A stretch of DNA of 64,000 nt from Nemertoderma westbladi. Taxonomy: Eukaryota; Animalia; Xenacoelomorpha. The stretch lies in contig JAUCBJ010002989.1 in assembly GCA_032718475.1 (NCBI GenBank), positions 45,043-109,042 of the forward strand, in the 5' to 3' direction. The position numbers and the translations under genes were made by a program. Positions within the stretch are counted from its first letter, which is position 1, and every line of letters begins with the position of its first letter. Below the pieces are notes generated by a model. That model searched no databases. It was given only the letters and a program-made list of their open reading frames with translations, and was not told the DNA's origin. This document shows, one piece after another, positions 37,913 through 49,051 of this stretch.

Positions 37913-39081
37913 GGGCAGTTTTTGTTCGATCGGCAATAGGCCTAACTATACAAAATGTAGTATTATTGCCTAGCAACCAATTCATAGCTACTGTATGATT
38001 TTCACTTTGAGACATTTCACCCTCTAGCAGCAGACTCGGATCTTCAGACTACTCTGTTACCCCGCAAAAAGATATAGCCTATATTGTAATAGATACCGAC
38101 TGGGGGGTCAAAATTAAGTAATAATATATCTAAAAAGTATCAAACACCTTGCCTCATGGCTCGCCCCTCAGAACTCTTAAGCAATATAGCTTCATAGTTT
38201 TTAATGAAAACTGGTAAACGAGATTTGTTACTTACGCATACCTCGCAGACTTAAGTAATTAATTATACAGTAGGTTACATCGTTTTGGGAGTAGGACCAT
38301 TGGAAACAGCGCCTTCGAAAACCTCAGTACAAATAAAATTAATAAAGATTAACAGGGTATAGCTTGTTATAATAAAACATAAATTATAATATGGTAGAAC
38401 AATTCGGGTTGTAAATAAAAACAAATTCAATAAATTTAAGATAAACTGTATATAACTTATGTATTAAATGAGGGCCTTATTTAATTATGTGCGGTTAGAC
38501 GCGCGTGGACTGCTTCGCAATACAATGCGAAAGAATGCAATCTATTGCAAGAGCAGATGTTTATTATAATTTCTTGGAAGCTGTGGGTTTGAATAATTTA
38601 AGCTCTGTGGCAGGCCCCATTCACGCAGGCCCCATTCACGCATTGATGTTTGGGTTAGTCATGCTACGGTTAATAAGAGCCCAACAACCGCAGATTATTG
38701 AGGGATGACTCGGGGCCAAACTGGGGCCACTTTATTTTCGTGAAAGGGTATATTTATGTTTTGGGTTCTGCCGCGTCTTTTTATTTCATTCTACCTTTAC
38801 CTATTGTATGGCAAAAATAATACAAATGTATTGTATATTGTGTTGTATATTTCGTTTGTTATAGTACAATTTATTCATCTCGCGTCCCTATCTGATTGAT
38901 TTGTATCAAATTAAATTGCCTTTGGCAACATTATTTGATACAAATCGATTGATTAAACAATTAATTAATTGTTTAATCGACCAATTAATTAATTGATTAA
39001 TTAATTAATGACCTACTTAACACCCAAGGTGTGAAGTAGGACTAAACTGTCGCCGAGAGTGGCATACTATTACTACTGACA

Positions 39082-42000
39082 TTGGAGAAACGGCCCGCTC
39101 AACCGCAACCACTACAAGCTTATGCGGGAAGAACTAGAGTGGGTTGGTACTTTACTGGCCCTTCCCGTAGAACTCTCATGGAAAGGTTACCGAAAGACCA
39201 GGTATGTCAAGTGAAAGAATGGGAAGTCGAGGGCAGTGAGTTAGATGATCTAACTGAGGGAACACCATACTCCTCAGATAATGACGATGTCCACCAACTT
39301 TTCGATGAGGAGAATACCATCGATCTCCTTAAGGAAAACGAGACTTGGCAAAACCAAGTGAACTTATGTCAGCTCCTTCTTCCATCAGAGCGAGACAACT
39401 ATAACGCCGAACTTAATGATGTCATTGAACGTTATAATGCCAAGACTCGGGATGAACATGCTGTAAGATTCTTTACTCAGGAGGTTGTAGAGCCCAACTC
39501 CTACGATAAGGCCCTATCGGTGGAGGAAGAAAGAGCCAAGCAGATCCAAGCGACAACTACTCGTTTTCTTAAAGATCAAGGTAGATATGAGATCGGTCTT
39601 CCTTTCCGGAAGCGAGAACCAAAGTTCATTAACAACAGACCTTTGGCAGAGAAAAGAATTGCTCAACTACATCGACGTCTTACGGCAAATTCTTCAGCTA
39701 AAGAAATGTATCAAACGCAGTTGAAGAAGTTTATTAGCAAGGGATATGCGGAGCTAGTACCGGAAGAAACACCTATAACTGAGAGAACGTATTATTTAAC
39801 TCACCATTACGTTCCCAAACCCGGTAAACCCCATGAAGTACGAGTGGTGTTTGACGGTTCCGCCCTTTATATGGGCCAATCTCTTAATTCTGAATTGTTA
39901 CCCGGACCCAACTTACTTCAATCCTTGTTGGGAATACTATTAAGATTAAGACAATACTCCATTGCTTTCGCCTCAGATATAGAAGGCATGTTCTTACAAG
40001 TCAAAGCGCTGGATAGGGATCGAGATAGCCTACGATTTTTGTGGTGGCCTGAAGGAGACCTCAATAAGAAACCGGTGGAGTACTGGATGACCATCCAAGC
40101 CTTTGGGATAATCTCGAGCCCTTCAAACGCCTGTTCCGTAGTGCGCACTACTGCGGATGACAACCGAGACGCCTTCTCTAAAGAGGTGATCGACAATATC
40201 AAACGAGACATCTACATGGACGATAATCTGAAGTCCCTTCCATCAGTCGAAGAAGCCATTGAGGTCGCTAAAGGAACGGTAGAATGCTTAAAGAAAGGTG
40301 GATTTCGATTAACTAAATTCACCAGCAACTCCCGTGAGTTTCTGGAGTCGATCCCGGTAGAAGATCGAGGAGCAAAAGACCTGGATCTAATAAAAGATGA
40401 TCTCCCAGAAACTAAGACCCTTGGTTTGAAATGGGACACCGAAAGAGATATCCTGTTTTTCCAACTAAAACAGCGAGATAATCCAGTTCGGACTAAACGG
40501 ATTTGTTTAAGTATTCTGAGCACTTATTTCGATCCATTGGGATTTATTAGCCCAGTTATATTGATTGCTCGGAGTTTAGTACAACAAATGTGGCTTGAAA
40601 ACCACTCATGGGATGATCCACTTAAGGGAGAATTGTTAAAGAAGTGGATGAAATGGGAAGATTCTCTACCAGCCATCGAGAACTTTATAATTTCCCGTTC
40701 ATATTTTGGTCATGTTCTCCCTACGTATTCCTATCAACTCCATGTGTTTGGAGATGCCAGCGATATGGGAATAGGTATAGTAGCCTACCTAAGGGTGGAA
40801 ACTACGGACGGAATCAAAGTCGCCTTGGTTACCTCTAAGGCACTGATAAACAACAAGTTGAAAGTTCCTCGAGCGGAGTTAAAGGCGGCGCTATACGCTA
40901 CAGCCATCGGCCGGAATGTAACAGAACAGATCGACTATCCACTGGAGAAAACTGTCTATTGGACCGACGCTTTACTCGTGTTGGAGTATATAACCAATGA
41001 AGTCTGTCAGTTCAGCGTCTTCGTTACCAACAGAGTAGCCATTATACTCAGTCGCACAACGATGGATCAATGGAGACATTGCCCCGGAACGATTAATCCA
41101 GCAGACATCGCCTCCAGGGGAGCAACTCCACAAGAACTGGTAGACACTCCAGACTGGTTAGGTGGACCCGACTTCCTTTACAAAGAAGAAGAAGAATGGC
41201 CTCCTCATCTTACTACCACAGAGATTAGACAAGCCAAGGGAGCGGAGAAAGTCAAACCTAAAACTCGGGCGAGTAAATCGAAGTTATTCAAACCCATGGT
41301 AGATCTGTCTGTACTACATATTTCCGGAGACGACGCTTTGGATCAGAAACCCACAGCCACAAATAAACTTGTTGTGGAAATCCGTGAGAAGGATTGGAAA
41401 TCTGGAATACCAGACGTCTCGCAAGGACTCTCACCTCTTCTGCAGAGAGCGATACATCACTACAGTTCCTGGAATCGGCTCTGTAAGGCCGTTACATATT
41501 TAAAGAGATGTTTTCACCATCACTACTCCAGGATGAAGGCCAAAGGTGATACTGCTCCAGTAACATCAGTGCAGGTCCATGTTATTAAAGATCTTCCCAA
41601 ATATAAGATACCCGACAGGTTTCTGAAGGAGAAGATCAGTTATCAGGAGCATGAAGAAACCATCAAGCAGATGCTGAGACTCCTGCAATGCTATGAGGAT
41701 TCCGATAAGTATTTCCTGTTGTTGAGAAATCCACAGATGCGCTTAAGGGATCGTTTCTCTAGCACAATGATAGATGGGTTGATACGTGTTGGAGGAAGAT
41801 TAACGAATGCTCCATTATCCTTTGACACTAAGTTTCCCATACTCATTAGAAATCTTGAAATACAAGTCAAGATGATTGTAGACGTTCACAGCAAACTTTA
41901 TCATGCTGGTAGGGAACGAGTTCTTAGCGAAATTCGAACTCGCTATTATTTTTATAAACCCCGTAGAGCTCTGAACCAAGTTCTTAGGAACTGCATACCC

Positions 42001-43098
42001 TGTAGGAAAGCATTCAGTAGGCCTTTAACACAGCGAGAGGCAGAATTACCTAGGGAACGAGTAAGCTTCTATGAACCACCCTTTACTAATACCGGTGTGG
42101 ATTTATTTGGCCCTATTGAAGTATATCGTGCTAGGACTATAGTCAAGAGATGGTGTGTCATCTTTGTTTGTATGACTTGTAGAGCTATCCATCTCGACAT
42201 GGTGAACGATTTATCTACCAACAGCTTTCTATTAAGCTTACGACGACAGATCGCTCGCTTTGGCACTAGTAACACGATGAGATCTGATAAGGGAACAAAC
42301 TTTATTGGTGCCAACAATGAAATCAAAGCTTACGTCAAAGATTGGAACCAAAGACAGGTGGACGATCAGCTACGAGTAACAGCGTCTAGCTGGACCTTCA
42401 ACGCCGCCGACGCCCCTTGGTGGGGAGGAAGTTGGGAGAGATTAATAAGAAGTGTGAAGACAGCATTTCACTTTATAGTGCCTTGCCGCGCGTATCTCAC
42501 CGACGAACTTTTGCGGACGTTAATGGAGGAAATCGCCGCCTATCTCAACGAGAGACCGCTTATGCCAGTCTCATCGAGTCCCGATTCCCTGGAAGCGCTA
42601 ACACCCGCACATTTCCTACTGAAGAAACCTGTAGCCATGCTCCCACAATCGGAAATCACAGACGGAGACGAATACTGCCGGCAAACTTGGCAACTCATGC
42701 AGTTGTTATCCCGTCGTTTCGCTGACCATTTCGAAAAACATTATCTGCCCACGCTACAACTTCGAACTAAGTGGTTTGCGCAGCAAGAAAACGTCAGCGC
42801 TGGAGACATGGTTCTTATTGTGGATGTAGATCTTCCACGTAAGCGGTGGCAGACAGGTCGTATCATCGAGACTCACATCTCGGATGACGGTTTGGTGCGA
42901 TCGGTAGAACTCGTCGTCATGCGACGTAACTTCAAGAAACCGGGAATTGTCTTCGAGACACAGCAGCTCAATCGCCCAGTTGGTCGCTTATGTTTACTGG
43001 AAAGAGACAGAGAACTCTCCGGAAACTATGGGAGGCAAGATACTCTTCCCACGACCACCTCCCTAATCCAACAAACATCTAGGGACTCCCCAACTTAA
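39082..43098 (+). CDS. pol: BEL/Pao Pol: reverse transcriptase, RNase H, integrase (1338 aa, N-terminally truncated)
   Basis: RT: RVVFDGS, DIEGMFLQV, FGIISSP, YMDD. Pao-type segment KTLGLKWD...FDPLG. RNase H: LHVFGDAS, YWTDA, NPADIASRG. Integrase: HSKLYH...CIPC, GVDLFGP, SDKGTNF, WERLIR. Confidence 0.97.
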   Translation: MEKRPAQPQPLQAYAGRTRVGWYFTGPSRRTLMERLPKDQVCQVKEWEVEGSELDDLTEGTPYSSDNDDVHQLFDEENTIDLLKENETWQNQVNLCQLLLPSERDNYNAELNDVIERYNAKTRDEHAVRFFTQEVVEPNSYDKALSVEEERAKQIQATTTRFLKDQGRYEIGLPFRKREPKFINNRPLAEKRIAQLHRRLTANSSAKEMYQTQLKKFISKGYAELVPEETPITERTYYLTHHYVPKPGKPHEVRVVFDGSALYMGQSLNSELLPGPNLLQSLLGILLRLRQYSIAFASDIEGMFLQVKALDRDRDSLRFLWWPEGDLNKKPVEYWMTIQAFGIISSPSNACSVVRTTADDNRDAFSKEVIDNIKRDIYMDDNLKSLPSVEEAIEVAKGTVECLKKGGFRLTKFTSNSREFLESIPVEDRGAKDLDLIKDDLPETKTLGLKWDTERDILFFQLKQRDNPVRTKRICLSILSTYFDPLGFISPVILIARSLVQQMWLENHSWDDPLKGELLKKWMKWEDSLPAIENFIISRSYFGHVLPTYSYQLHVFGDASDMGIGIVAYLRVETTDGIKVALVTSKALINNKLKVPRAELKAALYATAIGRNVTEQIDYPLEKTVYWTDALLVLEYITNEVCQFSVFVTNRVAIILSRTTMDQWRHCPGTINPADIASRGATPQELVDTPDWLGGPDFLYKEEEEWPPHLTTTEIRQAKGAEKVKPKTRASKSKLFKPMVDLSVLHISGDDALDQKPTATNKLVVEIREKDWKSGIPDVSQGLSPLLQRAIHHYSSWNRLCKAVTYLKRCFHHHYSRMKAKGDTAPVTSVQVHVIKDLPKYKIPDRFLKEKISYQEHEETIKQMLRLLQCYEDSDKYFLLLRNPQMRLRDRFSSTMIDGLIRVGGRLTNAPLSFDTKFPILIRNLEIQVKMIVDVHSKLYHAGRERVLSEIRTRYYFYKPRRALNQVLRNCIPCRKAFSRPLTQREAELPRERVSFYEPPFTNTGVDLFGPIEVYRARTIVKRWCVIFVCMTCRAIHLDMVNDLSTNSFLLSLRRQIARFGTSNTMRSDKGTNFIGANNEIKAYVKDWNQRQVDDQLRVTASSWTFNAADAPWWGGSWERLIRSVKTAFHFIVPCRAYLTDELLRTLMEEIAAYLNERPLMPVSSSPDSLEALTPAHFLLKKPVAMLPQSEITDGDEYCRQTWQLMQLLSRRFADHFEKHYLPTLQLRTKWFAQQENVSAGDMVLIVDVDLPRKRWQTGRIIETHISDDGLVRSVELVVMRRNFKKPGIVFETQQLNRPVGRLCLLERDRELSGNYGRQDTLPTTTSLIQQTSRDSPT

Positions 43099-44720
43099 CA
43101 ACGGCTGGAGTGGGTGTATGACTAGATTTTTTTTTTGTTTTATTCTTTTATATTTATGTATATATTATTACGTAATTTTATTATAATCGTTTTCTTTAAT
43201 TTTATTTAGTAGAATGTTATTTTAGCGATTATTTAGTAGATTAGTGCAATATATTCGCGTTTATTACGTAATTACTTATATTATATATTTAGTGCGACGG
43301 CGAGAAACAATTCTTTTTCTCTTTCCTTGCTGCCCGTATTACATTACGAATACGTAACTACAGTAAGATGAAATGTCCGTACTTATTAAAGTACAATAAA
43401 GCCACTTCTATATTCAAGTATTATTGGTAGGCAGAGTATTAGGAATGCAAAGTTCAGATCCTCGTGTCTCGGCTAAACCAAGCTCTGGGTAGACCTTGGA
43501 AACGACTTGCCTCTTCACACTGACATTGCTTCGTGCGATATTGCTCTCATACCGTATATTAAGTAATACATATAGTAGCGTGATGTCCCTTTAACAGTAG
43601 CGTATAACGCAAAATAAATCTGTTAAACCCTTTGACCATCTGCAATTCTAGTTGATTAAGATATCGCGGCACCCACCGATATACTTGAAAGACAAAATTC
43701 TAGAATCAGTGGTTAACGTCCCCAGGCAAGTTCTGGAATAAACTGGTGCCCATCCTAAATATTAATTATTAATATTTACAAAATCTGTCAAATATCAGAT
43801 CCTTTAAAATTCTAGTCGATTAAGATATCGTAGCACTTACCGATACTCTTAAAAAGACAAAATTCCTAGAATCAAGGATCCCAGTCCCCAGACACGTTCT
43901 GGAATAAAATTGTGTCTATTTAACATTAAATAATAAAATTTACGGGAATAAATTTAAATTCAGATATTTTAATGAATTTAATAAATTGTCATTTTATACA
44001 ATTTATAACATTCCCAAAATTCCATTAATTAATAGATCATGGGAGCGGAGATTCACTCTATTAAGTGTATTTGTGTGCGAGAATCTCCAATATATAGTCA
44101 ATAGCCGATAAAATTCATAAAATCATATATAGAGAGGATATTGACAATTAAAGAATTACTATTAAATAGCTTCCCAGATCTGTATGCATGAGAATTACCC
44201 TAATTCTACCGCTAGCTTTCCATAATGTCACCATGGCAACAACCACGCTAGAATTAGAAGTGAGTTAAAAGAACAATAGAAGGCTTGCCCCATTGAATAG
44301 CATAGGGAATAAATAGCGCACTACTAGTATCCAAGGATACATAATAAATAAAGTGACATTCTGGAAGGTACTGACAAATGGCCCGAATGTATACAGTTTA
44401 TGGCAGTTGTGTTGAATTTGTGCGTTCATAGGTGAATGTTACTGCTAAAGTGTGTTTACAGTAGCTAGTCGCAATTGTGAAAGTAACCCTAACTCTCCAG
44501 AAAGGACCTGAAGTACATCTAAGCCTTTGGGACGGACAGTGGAGTGACTTGTGCCGGTTATCGTTGTCGTTGTGTAGCTACATCGTTGGCGAAAGCACAG
44601 CGACGACGGTACATCGGCGCTGAGGATCTTGCACTGTCCGGGGGCAAAAGAGGGGTAGGCAGCGACGCCCGCTAGCCTAATATATAAACTCATTATAATA
44701 TTGATAAACTCATAGCAGAT

Positions 44721-47700
44721 ATGACTGAGTTGATAGAAGATGATCTCGGTATTAGGGAGCGATATACTCTACCTTTACAAGCGTTTGTCGATAGCTTGAT
44801 ACGCGGAGACGCTGGTCCAACTACTACGGAGGATGATGGTCGTTATATCGAACCGCCAATGTCCCAGGAGCAACTTACGCGTGAATTGGATTATAGAAAG
44901 TTCACCGCTCGCTATACGCATCGTAATGGTACGTATATGGACTTCTTAACTACTGGCCATCCTATCGATTTACACGATACGGACAATGTAGACACCGAAA
45001 GGGAAATGGTTTTATTTAAATATCATACCCAGCGGAGTCGGAACGATAAACCGAGAATAGAACACGAGAACTCTATTCGAAACAAACTCGAAAGGGAAGA
45101 CGTTGAAGAGCCGGATAAACGCAGCGACTTCAACGATTATCTGGAATTCCTGAGAGAGACATATCTCAATATTGCCAGTCAACAAAATCTCGAAACTCGA
45201 TATCCCCAAGGGATACATCATGATCCTATGATAGAACTCAAACGACTCTATTTCACTATGATGTATCTTACCGCCGATCGACCGCTACCTGTCGTCCCAG
45301 ATAGCTTCGAACAGATGGAGGAATATTGTAAAACTGGAGAACGATCACCCGCGTTTCCCCTGCAGGACGTGCGTCTTTGGTATTACTGCGACGAATGCCC
45401 TAGACCCAATCAGCAAACGGAAAGACATAAACATCTGCGGAGACGTTGCGCTAACACAGTTTTACACGATATACTTATGGGAGTTTCGAGCGAAACCTGT
45501 TCGACGTATCCCCTACGGTCGCTCGACTCAAACGATCCTTGAACAAACCAATGATCAGAGTTCCAGAATACTCGGTCAGACCTCCTCATTCCTCAATTAG
45601 ACCTCAGACTCTTGATCCTAATAGTATCACGGATCCTCCCGAACTGTACTCACTGTTCAAAGATCTAGTGTTACCCGAACAGGTGATCGGTGGTACTCCG
45701 GTAGTAGGCTCACTAGATATTCGCCAACCCTACCTAACTGGATTGGGACGCGGTCATCTAATATCGCCGTTTAACCCACACAACCGTCCCGGCTTCACCT
45801 CGATACAACCCGTTACGGAAGTCGAAGAGAGCGTCGTACGAAACGCGTTAGACGCTATTCGGCAGAAAATCGGAAAAGGAACTTACGATTGTTTGGAGAA
45901 ACGTAAATTGCAACAACAAGTCCAAGCGGTGAAGGAATTAGCTTTACCCCAGTTCGATAGAGAAATACAAAATCTCGAAGAGGACATCGAACGTGGACGA
46001 ACCTACTCTTTACAAGAGTTCCTAGATGAGCGTCTAAAACAACAAGCGGAGGAAAATCAGCTCGAGGAGAGACATATAGAACTAGATGAGAGAGAAGAAG
46101 CAGCTTTAGCTCAACCCGAAGCTCAAATCCTTATGACGGATCTCTACTCTAAAACCATCCTTCATCCCTCGATGGTTCCCCATTTCGGAGACAAACTCTT
46201 TGCAACGATACAACCCCAACCGGTTGATATCAACCTAAGATCTAGAGAGCTTATCGCTGACGCTCCCATGTTGCAACGTCCACCCATCGAAGCCGCTCGT
46301 GTAGATGGTATACTCGTTGAACCTCCGGACAATAGAGCGGATCTTGTCCGTCGCATGGTACACGATGTAAACATACGCGCTAGACCTTTACCGAACTCGT
46401 TTTATGGGATCAAAGATCACCCTTATTACGTTAACCTAACACAATATTACATGGTAAAACCGGAAGATCCTACACATAGTCTGAGGTTTCTGCCACTCAT
46501 AAATCCTCTCGATCATGTCGAACTCGAACAACTGCATAAACATCTGGATCAGTTGGTTAAAATAAACTCATTTCGGAAACCATACAACGTTTCCAGAATA
46601 GAGAAAGAAACAATACCTCCGTATAATCTTGATGGATTCATCAAAACTCGTTTAGTACACTGGAATCTTGACGTGTTATTCAAGGAGGAAAGAATACAAC
46701 GATATGGAGATGTGGAAACATATACCACACAATATTTAAAGTATAGAGACTTACCTAATGCTAGCAAATGCGCTACCTTGTGGCATCCTGTGGGAATGAC
46801 TCTCGAAAACGCCACTAAAGAGTGGAAAGAGACTCTTAACGTTATCGAGATGTATGGAGTTGTCACCTACGACAACGAAGGTAGCGTTCCGGTGGGAGAA
46901 CTGGGAACTACGCGGATGATACACATACGAGGACTCGCTGGTTCTACCCACGTATTTACTCGAGCGTGTTCCGATGTGATTGATTATTCTTTTGAAACTC
47001 TTACTGAGACACAAAAGAGACTCCGACATGGACAATTCGAGCTCGCGCAGCGTTACGTCGCCGACACCGAGCGCAAACCGGCCATGGGTATCGATGGATC
47101 GATGTTACCCCAACCCGTGCTCGAGATGTTGTTTAACGAAAGAATCCTTAAAATCGGCTCGGCTGTTTATGGAGATCTACAAAACGACTTTCGGAATATG
47201 GAAAACATTCCATACCCTTTCGTGGATACTCAGCTGATTGCTCCCTGGGCAGAAGGCCGAGGTTTCTTCCGCACTATGTATGCCAATACACCCAGCGGCA
47301 TTACCAAAGTACAACGAACCTCCATCGGACATCTTGCCTTTCAAGAATACGGATGGAATTTCAAGGTTGGAAATCCTATAAATTACCAACAAGTATATTG
47401 AGATCATTATTCTCGTTTATACTTTGATGGACCATTGACCGTACCTGGCGCCGTGTATAGCTTTATGAGTGTTCCACTTCGTCCCTCCTTAGCTATATAC
47501 ACGATCTTTGAAAACGCAGCACTCACCGGTTGGCTAGCCGATGTGTGCAGTCGTACCATACGCGCCCATCCATTAATACTTGGAACCAAACTCGCCAAGT
47601 TAGATGAACACAATAAATTCATCCGCTTCGAATGTTTCAGGCGTTTTCTGACTCCGTTCCGTAACGTTGATAGTCAGTTCAAGGACCGCGCTCTGACCAA

Positions 47701-48973
47701 ACTCAGCCTAAGAGACTCAGCTGCGGAGAAGCTAAACAGCGCGGGATTTGCTCTCTTTCAGGACGTTTGTTTACAGAACTTACATTCATCTGTTATACAA
47801 AGACCCCGAATACCCACGGGTTATTCTGTCGTGGAAGTTCAGACAGTGGGTCCGCTTGCAGAGACAGCCGCACCTACCTCAGCTATGCAATTGGAAGACG
47901 AACCAATCTGCTTAGAGTCTGAAGCGATCCAGCCTACAGCGCCCCGGAGCAGCGATAACGATTACGTCTTGGAGTGGTATCAAGGTCCACAATGTCTCAC
48001 CGCATACGATTATCGACACGCCAACTATGTTTCTCGAAAACGTTGTCGATTATGCGCATCGAGAGACCATTTCACCCCTATGGACTCAGACGTACCCTGC
48101 TCCTATTTCCACGAACAACCGATGATGGAGATCTATTGTGCGTATTGCAGACTTAATACCTCGCATATTTTTGCAGTCTGCCCCCAATTTATGACCCAAT
48201 GTCGCCACTGTCAACTTAAAGGACATGCCAGTTATAATTGCCCCTTTAACCGCGATTTAGAAAGCGTAGATGAGATGATTACCTTGCGCTACATCCGAGC
48301 TTGGGAAGCGAACGCAGATTTACATTGTGAGGCCCGCCATCGCTACTACCCTGGACGCTCTTACGAGGGAGTTTACGCGTTCCATCCTTATTTATTCGCG
48401 TCTGTGGAACAAAAAACACGCACACCGAGTTACGAACTAATGAAGCGTGTTGGTGAGTGTATTTCCACCAAATTTGTTCGAAAATATCTTAGGAACGTCA
48501 ATCCTAACGATATTACTTCATATCATTTGATCAATTTCATCCGTCAAGACCCTGAGTATGGCGATTTATTTATCAACTCGCACCCTGAGTTACAGGAAGT
48601 ATCTCGACGGCCCTACGAATATCGAGCCCGAGAACGCGAGCTGGAAAGAACCATTAAACCAAGGAAGTTTCTCACCACTCACGGTCCGCCTACCGCCATT
48701 GTCCAGACGACCCGTCAAGGACCCGTAGGAGCTGCTGTCCTAAGACGCGCCCTAAAAGCCGTTAGACCTCGCTCCACTGAAGTTGATATCGATCAACCAG
48801 GTACCTCGACCGGCGGATACACCGATCGTAATCCTAAACCTTCTGATGCAATTGTATTGCACCCTTCACCCAGGAGTTACAGCCCTCCTAGTAAAGTGGC
48901 TCGCCCCAAAGAGAAAAGGACTCTTGCTAACCTCAAAAAACTGCGTAAACGCCGTCCGCGTAAGAAAGACTAA
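44721..48973 (+). pseudogene. Accessory ORF3 of the BEL element (~1417 aa reconstructed): coiled coil, DEDDy-like 3'-5' exonuclease, three CCHC knuckles, basic tail; disrupted by one frameshift and one TGA
   Basis: 45539-47401 and 47435-48973 are in the same frame, separated by one TGA (47399-47401). The shift from 44721-45542 is explained by a 1-nt deletion at ~45454 relative to copy 1. VVTYDNEG, LPQPVLEMLFNERILKIGSAVYGD, FVDTQ and SIGHLA resemble WRN/EXD2/Mut-7-type exonuclease motifs. Confidence 0.8.
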
Positions 48974-49051
48974 CTGTTTAGAGTATTTTTATATTTTAGA
49001 AACTGTGATTTGTTATATTTTATAGACTTAAATCCCATTTTCTGGGAGCGG

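Larger units (their letters stand above)
34354..39077. mobile_element. Non-autonomous Polinton/Maverick-like element with very long TIRs (34354-36424 and 37564-39077)
   Basis: Termini AGTAGT...ACTACT are characteristic of Polintons. The inverted repeats are visible directly and as mirrored ORFs (34760-34963 vs 38505-38708; 35453-35677 vs 37791-38015). No polB, integrase or capsid ORF. Flanking 6-mers do not match. Confidence 0.72.

Noticed and set aside
39918-42326. Antisense ORFs within pol (likewise those within gag, ORF3, the zinc-finger ORF and CFAP58)
   Set aside because: Shadow frames of real coding sequence without recognisable motifs.
47399-47401. Programmed stop-codon readthrough in ORF3
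   Set aside because: The TGA falls inside the predicted exonuclease domain, and the same ORF also has a frameshift. A nonsense mutation is simpler, and copy 1 lacks this region for comparison.
44721-48973. Envelope (env) gene in the usual third-ORF position
   Set aside because: No signal peptide, transmembrane anchor or fusion-protein cysteine pattern. The motifs point to a nuclease plus zinc knuckles.
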